In this document: in pieces, positions 10,647 to 19,122 of the stretch
How the letters are laid out: every line of letters starts with the position of its first letter
Numbering within the stretch: the stretch's first letter is position 1
Assembly: GCA_963796105.1 (NCBI GenBank)
Contig: CAWCKJ010000003.1
Span: 352,001 to 416,000, forward strand
Length of the DNA stretch: 64,000 nt
Origin: a candidate division FCPU426 bacterium
GTDB taxonomy: Bacteria > Oederibacteriota > Muellerivitia > Muellerivitales > Muellerivitaceae
Direction: 5' to 3'
Notes under the pieces: model-generated
Seen by the model: the letters and a program-made list of their open reading frames with translations, nothing else
What the model was told of the DNA's origin: nothing
Databases searched by the model: none
Made by a program: the position numbers and the translations under genes

Positions 10647-13600
10647 ATGAAGCCCGCCGTTATTCGTATTCGAAAATATCTTTCCATTTTATTGTGGCTC
10701 GTTACGGTTTATCCCGCCTCGGCTGATCTCGAATTCGGCAATAACAAAGTTAGATACCACACACATCACCATTGGAAAATTTTAGAAAGCCAGCATTTTG
10801 ATGTTTATTATTACAAAGAATGCGAAGCTTTTGCCCAAACGGCGGTTCAATACGCTGAAAATGCATTTGTTAAAACCTGTAAAATTTTCGACTACGTTCC
10901 CATTGAAAAAATCCCCATTTTTCTATATGGAACAGGATTGGAATTCCAGGAAACAAATATCACTCCCGAAATTCTATCTGAAGGTGTTGGCGGTTTTACT
11001 GAGATTTTCAAAAACAGAATATCTGTCCCGATAAATGGCTCCTACTTCGAATTCGAAAAAGTTTTACACCATGAATTGACTCACGCTTTTCAATACGATC
11101 TTATTTACGGTGAAAGCTGGAGGTCCATAAATTTATTCAAATCAATCCTGGTACCAACCTGGATGATGGAAGGAATGGCGGAATGGAACGCTCAGCACAC
11201 TGATTCCCAGGGTGAAATGGTTTTAAGGGACGCAATATTGAATGACCAAGTATTGCCCTTAAGCATGCTTGAATCCTTTGACCATTTTCAACAAGTCTAT
11301 ATGGCCTACAAGGAATCCCAGAGCATTTTGGACTATGTCTCACAGGTTTATGGACCTAAGATGGTTGTCCAAATATTCAAAAAAATGGCTGTCAATCAAT
11401 CACCTGATAACGCCGTCAAAAATACTATCGGCATATCCCTTGATGAACTTTATGAAAATTGGCATTTTTTCATGAAAAGTCAAACTTGGTCAAGAATCAA
11501 TGGGCTTCCTAAACCCGAGAAATACGGGGAACTATTCGAGAAAGGAGTCTCTAAGTCATCGGTTTCTCCCGATGAAAGTAATATCGCTTACATCAACGGA
11601 GAGGATCTTGTTCTATATAACTTTACCGTCAAGAATAAGAGCGTTATCGCTCATAAAAATTTTGAGATTCAAGGATCGGGAGTTGCTTGGTCACCCGATG
11701 GAAATCATCTGGCATTTTCAGCGGCAGTCAACGGTGAATATAAACTTTTCTCGTTTGAGATCAAAACCCATGAAAGTCACGAACTCAATACGCCTGGTTT
11801 GCCTGTCGTTTATTCTCCCTCCTGGTCCCCCGACCAAAAATATATCGTTTTTTCGGGTTTCGATTATTCAACAGTTGATCTTTACAGACTCGAATTATCC
11901 TCCGGCCACTTGGAACGACTTACTGACAATTTGACCACAAAATCTTGGCCTTCCTATTCTTCCGATGGAAAATCAATTTATTTCCTAGGCGAAGATTCAG
12001 GTGAGACGAATATTTATAGGCAACCGTTAAGCGATAATGGACTTCCAAAAGGAACCCCTGAGATCGTCGGGAAAGACCTAGGAACTATTTCCTCCTTTCA
12101 GGTTTTAAACAATTCTATCTATTTCACCTCAAATCGAGATAACAGGATATTCAATCTTTTCAAAATGAATTTGGACGGTCAATTCCTCACCCAATTGACA
12201 AATACTTATGTTGATATTTTAAGTTTCAATTTAATGCCGGATAAAAATGTATTCGCAACCCTTTATCAACATGCCCAGGTCAGTTTGTATTCCCTTCAAT
12301 TCGAAAAAATGGATCAAAATACCCAACCAACCGTCAATTTAAAATATCTGGCTAATTCATTCGACGGTGCCTCTAAAATCATTGCGACAGTCCCTAAACC
12401 CGATTCGACAAAAAAAGATGAATTCAAGGACAAAAACGACCTGACCGCTTTAGAGACTAACCACAATAAAAAAGAACCAGAAAAAACGCCGGCCCGTATA
12501 ACGCATTTAGAAGTGACTGATTCCTCCAATATTGTCCAACTTCAATGGCCTGTCACCATTGATGAGGGATCCCCGGAAATTGACAGCTATCATGTTTATA
12601 AATCGACTGATTCCGGAAATCACTTTTATTTACTCGGATCCACCCCCAATTCTAAAGAGGGAAAATATACGGATTACTATGCCCGTCGTGGCGAGACTTA
12701 CCAATATTACGTGACCGCAATAAACAAAATGGGGGAAAGCCTTCCTTCTCCTGTCGTGAAGGCGACTCCAGCGTTCAATCTTTCATCCAAGGATTATCAA
12801 TTTAATTTTTCCCCGGACATTCTTTTGCTTTTAGCGGGTTACGACAGTTCCGCCGGATTTGTCGGAGGAGGCATCGCACAAATGAGCGATTATCTCGGAG
12901 ATAATCGTTTAAGTCTCATAGGGGACACTGTCCCTGGGGTTGAAACGGGTATTCAAACAAACTACGAATTTTCCGCTTGGAGAACCACATTAGATCTTGA
13001 TTACTATTATTATCAGAACTATTTGAATATTTACGATCTTCAAACCGGGAACATTGTGAATGAGTATCGGAACAACGAAAATGGAATGGATATTAAATTA
13101 AGTTATCCATTGGATGCATCCCTGCGTTTCGAATATGGAATCGGGACTCAACGATTCCAGGGAAATCCATTGTATTTACAATTTTCCGAGGGAATATCCA
13201 ATTATTCTCAAAATCAAGACCAATGGAACGTTGCGAATTACTACCGCTTGTCGTTGGTGGGGGATAAAAGAAAAGGGGAAGAATTTTCGCCCAGTAGCGG
13301 ATATGCCTTCAATTTTACGCTCTTACACGCTCTTCCCGTCTTAGACTCAAATGTCTCATTCGCGAATATTCTTTTAGAGACTCAAGTATTTGCGAATTTC
13401 AGTTTCTTAAACCATCTTGTTTGGGCGAATCGTTTCATTGGCATGTCATCGCAAGGGCCCAATCCTCAATCATTTTTCATAGGGGAGGATGTACTCTTTC
13501 AAGCTTTTTTTACAACCATCAGGGGCTACGGAAATAATACCTATTTTGGCAGTAATTTAGCACTATGGAATACTGAACTTAGATATCCGATCTCGACTAA

Positions 13601-13859
13601 TATGAATTTTTTATTGCAACCCTTGTCTTTTATCATGATTAAGGATATCGAACTTGCTGGTTTTGCGGACAATGGCGTAGTGAATAACCAGTTACAAAAG
13701 ATTTCAAATTCGCCGCTTTTGTCAAGTATTGGGGCGGGATTGCGTTTTTATACCTTTCTTTATCAAAGGGCCCTTGTAATGCTTCGGTTTGATGTCGCAT
13801 GGCGCTTGGACGGGCCATTTCCGCCAACCTTTCATTTTAATTTGACCCCGATTTTTTGA
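10647..13859 (+). CDS. Omp85/BamA-family protein with N-terminal zinc metallopeptidase-like domain, PD40 propeller and FN3 domain
   Basis: Signal peptide; HELTH and WMMEGMAE; WSPDG/WSPDQ repeats; FN3 (LQW...YYVTAINKMGES); C-terminal barrel with IRGY, NTELRYP, SIGAGLRF and terminal Phe. Confidence 0.8.
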   Translation: MKPAVIRIRKYLSILLWLVTVYPASADLEFGNNKVRYHTHHHWKILESQHFDVYYYKECEAFAQTAVQYAENAFVKTCKIFDYVPIEKIPIFLYGTGLEFQETNITPEILSEGVGGFTEIFKNRISVPINGSYFEFEKVLHHELTHAFQYDLIYGESWRSINLFKSILVPTWMMEGMAEWNAQHTDSQGEMVLRDAILNDQVLPLSMLESFDHFQQVYMAYKESQSILDYVSQVYGPKMVVQIFKKMAVNQSPDNAVKNTIGISLDELYENWHFFMKSQTWSRINGLPKPEKYGELFEKGVSKSSVSPDESNIAYINGEDLVLYNFTVKNKSVIAHKNFEIQGSGVAWSPDGNHLAFSAAVNGEYKLFSFEIKTHESHELNTPGLPVVYSPSWSPDQKYIVFSGFDYSTVDLYRLELSSGHLERLTDNLTTKSWPSYSSDGKSIYFLGEDSGETNIYRQPLSDNGLPKGTPEIVGKDLGTISSFQVLNNSIYFTSNRDNRIFNLFKMNLDGQFLTQLTNTYVDILSFNLMPDKNVFATLYQHAQVSLYSLQFEKMDQNTQPTVNLKYLANSFDGASKIIATVPKPDSTKKDEFKDKNDLTALETNHNKKEPEKTPARITHLEVTDSSNIVQLQWPVTIDEGSPEIDSYHVYKSTDSGNHFYLLGSTPNSKEGKYTDYYARRGETYQYYVTAINKMGESLPSPVVKATPAFNLSSKDYQFNFSPDILLLLAGYDSSAGFVGGGIAQMSDYLGDNRLSLIGDTVPGVETGIQTNYEFSAWRTTLDLDYYYYQNYLNIYDLQTGNIVNEYRNNENGMDIKLSYPLDASLRFEYGIGTQRFQGNPLYLQFSEGISNYSQNQDQWNVANYYRLSLVGDKRKGEEFSPSSGYAFNFTLLHALPVLDSNVSFANILLETQVFANFSFLNHLVWANRFIGMSSQGPNPQSFFIGEDVLFQAFFTTIRGYGNNTYFGSNLALWNTELRYPISTNMNFLLQPLSFIMIKDIELAGFADNGVVNNQLQKISNSPLLSSIGAGLRFYTFLYQRALVMLRFDVAWRLDGPFPPTFHFNLTPIF

Positions 13860-13874
13860 TGTTTATTCCTATTA

Positions 13875-15518
13875 CCTGAATTTTGCACCGAGTTTACCGA
13901 TTCCGTGGCCAGATCGGCCTGAATCGGGACCCGACAGTGGCCATTTTCATCAGAAGTGAACTTATGTGCAAAGAATTTTTTGCACCAAGCCACTTCTAGG
14001 CCGCCCTGGGTCTTTCCAATCGTTTTCGATCAAGGTATTTGAGGAAACCCAATAGGCCCGCTGTCCTATCATCATGGATTGAATACCTCACCACATCCCG
14101 ATGGCCGTGATACTGGATTCGGGCGGCTACAAAGAGCATCTTCAAACGTGCGATCCGAAGGGTATGGTCCGGCATGGTGATCTGTTCCTTCTCCTGTGGC
14201 TTCTTTCCCGGTCGCTTTTCTTTTCCACAATGGCCCACCATTAGTTTCATCCACCTCCAGAGGTTGTAAGCCAGCATCACGATCTGGAAAAAAGCATGGT
14301 GGCTTTGGAAACTCTTAGAGGGAATTGCTAATAACCCCTCCCGTTGCGCCTCACCAATCAGGTTTTCCACATCCGCGCGCAGGTCGTATTCCTCAACCAC
14401 CCGATGGGGTGCTCCCAGACAGTTGGTCGCGAAGATTCGGTAGACATATCCTTCCATTTCAGGAAGGCTCAATTGTTTCTCCCGCGCTTTTTCATCCAGC
14501 GTCCTCATCGCCACAAACCGGACTGGTTGTTGCCAGCCTATGGGTTGATGGACACATTCGTTGTATTCGTGTTCTCCATGGCGGTACCAACCCTTTTTCG
14601 TGAAAGGCGGGTCATGCCGCTTGTTCCCGAAGATGAAAGAAAACCCTTCTTTTTCACAGGCTTTCACGCTTTCCCAGCCGATCATTTCACCGTCACCGCG
14701 CACCAGAATCGTCCGGACACAGGACGGCAAGAGTCGCCGGAATTGTCTAATTTGGCGGGCCACTTCCTCAGAACTAAGGGTGGTTCCGCGTCTTTGGGTT
14801 CCGCACAAATATTCCCGGGTTTCCTGGAGAAAACACAGAATGGGCCTCAGTCCCTTCTTGCCCCGGTGCTTGGGGTTGTATCCTTTTCGGCTTCCCTCGA
14901 TATTTCCGTAGACCGTTGCGGTGGTGGTATCGATGTTGATCTCCACCTTCTTGGGGGCATATTTCACCTGTCCCCAAACCTTGGCCCGTAACGCCCCACT
15001 CAGATTCAGCAACGATGCCGACTGCCCGATCCCCAGCGACCTCAGGTATCTCCAAAAAGTTGTCACTACCGGCAACAAGGGAACCCGCAGTAAACCGCAC
15101 AGCATGACCTCACCCCGCAGGTAGGCAAAATGGCCAAGTCTTTGGAACCCGATGAAAAGAAGCATTAGGATGCCGCTTACCATCCGGTAGTGGCCCAAAT
15201 TCGGAAGGCGTTTAGGTGCGGCATAGTGTTTTTTGAATTCCCGCTCAAAATCAAGAAGGTCGAACATCTTCGCCAATGCCAACAATCCGCCAAAAGCTGT
15301 TAGGCGGTCTTCGCAAATACCTACGGGAGTATTGGCCGTAATCTTGGGCGCGATTCTCCCGTTTCGATTGGCTTTTTTCTGGACTTGCGGGTTTGATTTC
15401 TGAGGCGTATCTTGACGTTTCACCATCTGGGGGACCCTCTTTTAGGATGAGTTGGCTTCGCAACCCTTATCCTATAATGGTTTCCTAGATGGTTTTTTTA
15501 TTAGGCGCAAAATTCAGG
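13875..15518 (-). mobile_element. Complete IS1380-family insertion sequence (1644 bp)
   Basis: Terminal IRs CCTGAATTTTGCACC (13875-13889) and GGCGCAAAATTCAGG (15504-15518) match 14/15; 5-bp direct repeat TATTA at 13870-13874 and 15519-15523. Confidence 0.92.
13996..15426 (-). CDS. IS1380-family DDE transposase
   Basis: LTAFGGL, INIDTT...YGNIEG...GYNPKHRG, VRGDG, YDLRADVENLIGE, LAYNLWRW. Confidence 0.93.
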   Translation of the reverse strand: MVKRQDTPQKSNPQVQKKANRNGRIAPKITANTPVGICEDRLTAFGGLLALAKMFDLLDFEREFKKHYAAPKRLPNLGHYRMVSGILMLLFIGFQRLGHFAYLRGEVMLCGLLRVPLLPVVTTFWRYLRSLGIGQSASLLNLSGALRAKVWGQVKYAPKKVEINIDTTTATVYGNIEGSRKGYNPKHRGKKGLRPILCFLQETREYLCGTQRRGTTLSSEEVARQIRQFRRLLPSCVRTILVRGDGEMIGWESVKACEKEGFSFIFGNKRHDPPFTKKGWYRHGEHEYNECVHQPIGWQQPVRFVAMRTLDEKAREKQLSLPEMEGYVYRIFATNCLGAPHRVVEEYDLRADVENLIGEAQREGLLAIPSKSFQSHHAFFQIVMLAYNLWRWMKLMVGHCGKEKRPGKKPQEKEQITMPDHTLRIARLKMLFVAARIQYHGHRDVVRYSIHDDRTAGLLGFLKYLDRKRLERPRAA

Positions 15519-15535
15519 TATTAAATAAAAACAAG

Positions 15536-15564
15536 TTGGTTCAATAGTAGGGAATCGTTATAAT
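15536..15564 (+). promoter_or_regulatory. Putative sigma70 promoter for the 15665 gene
   Basis: TTGGTT-17 bp-TATAAT, immediately right of the IS target duplication. Confidence 0.5.
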
Positions 15565-15664
15565 GTTTTCGAAAATCGAATTGAACTCTTGATGTTTGAG
15601 TTTTATAGCTATTTAAAGAAAAGATTTATGTTTTTGGACATTCCTTAAATTCAGAGGTTAATCC

Positions 15665-16288
15665 GTGAAAAAATTTTCCATGTTTTTGCTTCTATTAGGG
15701 TTTTTATTTTCTCCTCTTATAGCGAATGTTTTAAGTTCGAAATTCAACATATCGGATTATGAAATTGTAGATTTGGAGTTCTTGAGGACTCATTACCCTG
15801 AAATCAATAACGGGCGCTCCATCCAAATCGACGCCAACTTTTTAAGTTTGAAATGGAAATCGCCATTTGAATACAGGGAGCGCTTGAAGGAAATTGGGTT
15901 GGATGTAAATAAATACAACATAGTTGAATTCAATTTAAAAGAAAAAGATGACGTCCATTACTCTTTTCCGAATCTACTTTTCCACACTGATGCGGGCGAC
16001 TTGAATGAATTGAATAACCTCGTGAAAGGCGAAAGAGTCGTTGTTTATGGGAAATTTTATAAAGTGAAAAAGTCTGAATTCATCATTGACGTGGATTTAA
16101 TCGAGGTGATTCAAAAAGGCGGGCATAGTCGAAGCTTTCTGCTAGATGCGAGAGTATCGCCAACTCCCACCTATGTGCCCACTTTGACCCCGACCCCAGG
16201 TCTAAACATATGGCAGAAATTAGGTAATTTTGTAAATCCCAAGGAAACACCAACAGTCACTGGTACAGTAACTCCAACGGCTCAATAA
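15665..16288 (+). CDS. Secreted hypothetical protein, possible OB-fold, Pro/Thr-rich tail
   Basis: Signal peptide MKKFSMFLLLLGFLFSPLIA; LVKGERVVVYGKF...IDVDLIE is OB-like; PTPT tail. Confidence 0.65.
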   Translation: MKKFSMFLLLLGFLFSPLIANVLSSKFNISDYEIVDLEFLRTHYPEINNGRSIQIDANFLSLKWKSPFEYRERLKEIGLDVNKYNIVEFNLKEKDDVHYSFPNLLFHTDAGDLNELNNLVKGERVVVYGKFYKVKKSEFIIDVDLIEVIQKGGHSRSFLLDARVSPTPTYVPTLTPTPGLNIWQKLGNFVNPKETPTVTGTVTPTAQ

Positions 16289-16878
16289 GAATTACTTTTT
16301 AAAACCACGCGATCCTCATATCTTTTATTATTTCACTCAATCTTTATATCGTTTTTTAATTTGTTTTCTTTCATAGCTTGTTGAGAACCGACTCAGTTGT
16401 TGCATATTCATAACACCAACCATTAATAAACCCCAAAACAACTCTTGGAACCAATCCTCGCACCATAAAGTAAAACTTTAACTGTTTTAAAAGGGTTAAA
16501 TATCTTTGAAATAATGCGCAAGATGCGGGGAACAATAGCCCCCTTCCTAAAAAATATTAATGAAAAAAATTTTTTCTTATAAAAGGGAACAGCTGTTGGT
16601 AATTTAGAGTCTGAGAATATCATTTTCATAATCTTTCTAAGGTGTATTTAGCGATTCATGGTTGTCGTAAAAGTATCTTATCTTTTAATAATCGTTTAAA
16701 AGAACGGCGTTTAAATGCAAAAACAAGTCATTTTTAAGCTTTTGTTTTGCACGGAAGGGGGCTCGGTTAAAAACGGATTGTCGTCGTTCGGATCCGAGCT
16801 GATAAATAAGGATTTAGGATTCGAGGAGTAATGCGAACGAGTGGATTTTAAAAGATTTTCCTACACAAAGAGCCCCAG

Positions 16879-17841
16879 TCAAGACTTCCTTTTCCAAGAG
16901 CGGAATTTTTTTAAAATTTCGACCACCCCGTTATTTTTCCTGAGATTCAAGTTGTGGTATTTGAATTGCCTTTCGAAAGCTTTTTGGTGTGCCCGAATCG
17001 ACTTCGTGGAAGCCAATTTGACGTAATTCTCGCTGACCACAATGCTGGAGTGACCCATTAAATCCCGGATTTCATAAACACTTGCCCCGGATTCAGCCAA
17101 TTGAGTCCCGAAGGAATGCCTTAAAACATGAACCGTCAGTTCATTTGGATTTTCAATCTTGGCCCATTGAGCCGCTTTTTTAACCCAGGTCTCCAGGTAA
17201 TCCGGGTGAATGGGTTTCTCAGGGTTTCGAGGACTTGGAAAAAGATAAGAGCGGGTTTGTTTTGAATTTTCGAGGTAAAGTTTTATTCGATCCTTTAGGA
17301 ATTCGGTCATCGGAACCGTGCGTTCTTTATCGCCTTTGCCAATGACAGTTATCAAGCCACGGGTTAAATCCAAATCACGGATTCTCAAATGGACAATTTC
17401 CGAAACCCGAAAGCCGCAATGATAGCCCAACAAGACCGCCAGGCTGATTTTCTGATCCTCTAAACCCTCCCACATAAGGGCTCCGACCAGTTTATCGCGC
17501 TCCGCCGACGATAGGGGCCTGGGATTTCGCTGCGGGCTTCTGATGGCGAGGTTGTGAAAGACTGCCGTTGGATCAGTAGCGATAAGTTGGATGGAGGCAA
17601 GATAGCGGTAAAAGGATCGAGTGGAGGCCAATATGCGCTTCATGGTTCGAGTGGAATAGGCCTTACGGAGTTTACCCCCGGGTGTGAGGCCGGGTTTGGT
17701 CAAGGAGGCGGCAAAACGTACCATCTGCTCAGGTTGCGCATACAATGGCGTCGTGATATTCGTAAGGTCGAAAAATTGTTTTAGGACCCGGAGATCCTGA
17801 TGATAATTTTCCAAGGTGTGGGATGATTTGCATAGGGACAA
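16879..17841 (-). CDS. Xer-family tyrosine recombinase (true start probably upstream, possibly ATC at 17904)
   Basis: Complete catalytic set: GFRVSEI (R), GKGDKER (K), HVLRHSF (HxxR), LMGHSS (H), ENYVK (Y); XerC/D-like N-domain SHTLENYHQDL...STRTMKRILASTRSFYRYL. Confidence 0.93.
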   Translation of the reverse strand: MSLCKSSHTLENYHQDLRVLKQFFDLTNITTPLYAQPEQMVRFAASLTKPGLTPGGKLRKAYSTRTMKRILASTRSFYRYLASIQLIATDPTAVFHNLAIRSPQRNPRPLSSAERDKLVGALMWEGLEDQKISLAVLLGYHCGFRVSEIVHLRIRDLDLTRGLITVIGKGDKERTVPMTEFLKDRIKLYLENSKQTRSYLFPSPRNPEKPIHPDYLETWVKKAAQWAKIENPNELTVHVLRHSFGTQLAESGASVYEIRDLMGHSSIVVSENYVKLASTKSIRAHQKAFERQFKYHNLNLRKNNGVVEILKKFRSWKRKS

Positions 17842-17918
17842 GAAGCCATCGTAGGGCTTTAATTCCAGAAGATTCTGGGACTGGTTTTTCGTTTGTGGAC
17901 TGATGGAAGCTCTCCAAT

Positions 17919-17946
17919 TTTCGGTATAACTGTAATTATACCGAAT
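17919..17946. other. dif-like tyrosine-recombinase site (11-6-11)
   Basis: TTTCGGTATAA CTGTAA TTATACCGAAT; arms are inverted 10/11; ATAA-N6-TTAT core as in known dif sites; directly upstream of the recombinase. Confidence 0.78.
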
Positions 17947-17962
17947 TTTAGTATGGCTTCAA
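17935..17962 (-). promoter_or_regulatory. Putative sigma70 promoter of the recombinase, -10 overlapping the dif-like site
   Basis: Minus strand TTGAAG (17962-17957)-16 bp-TATAAT (17940-17935). Confidence 0.55.
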
Positions 17963-18211
17963 TAGAATTTTAGACCTGATTTAACCCCATAATCTTTTTC
18001 CCGTTGATCAAGTTAAACCGGGCTAGGCTCCATGTTCTTTTGACCCAATTGAAATTTTAACGACGGTTGCAAAATATTTATTTCTTCTCTTAAATCCAGG
18101 AGTCTTTACTTCCACCACGGGTCAAATTGAGTCGATTTTGCATTTAAAGGCTGTTTAATTCGACGAAAGTTTACATGGGTTCTTGGAATACCACCTTTAC
18201 TCAGATGGTTT

Positions 18212-18982
18212 TCAAACGAACTCATCCAGGATTTTTTGAAATCGCTCGGGATTCTCCAGCGGGATCAAGTGCCCAACATGCTCCAAGACCTGAATCCGGC
18301 TTGAGGGTATGGCTTTGGCAAGGGATTCAGCCTCAGCGACAGGAACCAGGGTGTCTTCTTGGCCCGCTAAGATGCATACTGGCGTTTTCAATTCAGACAT
18401 TAAGTCATTTTGATCCAGTCTGACGGCCATGGCCCTCTGGGCCAACGCGATAGCGGCAGGATCAGTCATTTGTATCCATTCCCGCAAGCGTTCCGCAACT
18501 TCTGGTTTATCAGACAAAGTCGTCCTGCCTAAAAGGCCTGGAACCATTGTGGATTTTAGAAATTCGACCCCTTCTTTGTTAACTCTTTCAGCCATTTTCA
18601 ATCGGTATTGCTTGGCATCTTGCCGGTCTATACCTGGTCTCGTGGATATAAAAAGAATTTTGACAACCTTGGAAGGGAACTGGCGGATAAATTCCATTGC
18701 CCAGTAACCACCCATGGAAATGCCGCCAAGGATTATTGGCTCAACAATTCCCTTCTCCCATAGGTGTTTTTCAAGTCCTTGAGCGGCTTGAGCCAGCGTT
18801 AACTCTTTGTTTGCTAATGGTGTAACGCCAAATCCTGGAAAGTCCGGCAAAATCAATTGATAACCGCTGGGCGCCTTGAAATCTTCCCACATCAAGTGGG
18901 AAAGCGGAAATGCGTGTAAAAGAACGACGGGTCTTCCCTTTCCCTTGGTGATGGATAATATGGTCGGGATCACTTTAAACAA
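18212..18982 (-). CDS. Alpha/beta hydrolase (PcaD/MhpC-like)
   Basis: VVLLHAFPL, PDFPGFG, GISMGG nucleophile elbow, GQEDTLVP, GHLIPLENP. Confidence 0.9.
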   Translation of the reverse strand: MFKVIPTILSITKGKGRPVVLLHAFPLSHLMWEDFKAPSGYQLILPDFPGFGVTPLANKELTLAQAAQGLEKHLWEKGIVEPIILGGISMGGYWAMEFIRQFPSKVVKILFISTRPGIDRQDAKQYRLKMAERVNKEGVEFLKSTMVPGLLGRTTLSDKPEVAERLREWIQMTDPAAIALAQRAMAVRLDQNDLMSELKTPVCILAGQEDTLVPVAEAESLAKAIPSSRIQVLEHVGHLIPLENPERFQKILDEFV

Positions 18983-19122
18983 TACCTCTGAAGATTTATG
19001 TGTTTGCTTCCAAGCCTCCCAACCATCTCTTTAACTGCTAAAGCTATAGATGGACAGTATATCTGTGAGTAGTTACTTTCTAGCGCATTATACTTTAAAG
19101 TTGAAATTTTCGTCTGCAAAGC

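Noticed and set aside
16289..16878. oriC or CRISPR array in the AT-rich gap; 68-aa ORF 16423-16629
   Set aside because: No DnaA-box cluster, no regularly spaced direct repeats and no cas genes; the small ORF has no RBS or motif support
16879..17841. Integron integrase or prophage integrase
   Set aside because: No IntI-specific insertion before HxxR, no attC array or cassettes, and no phage genes nearby
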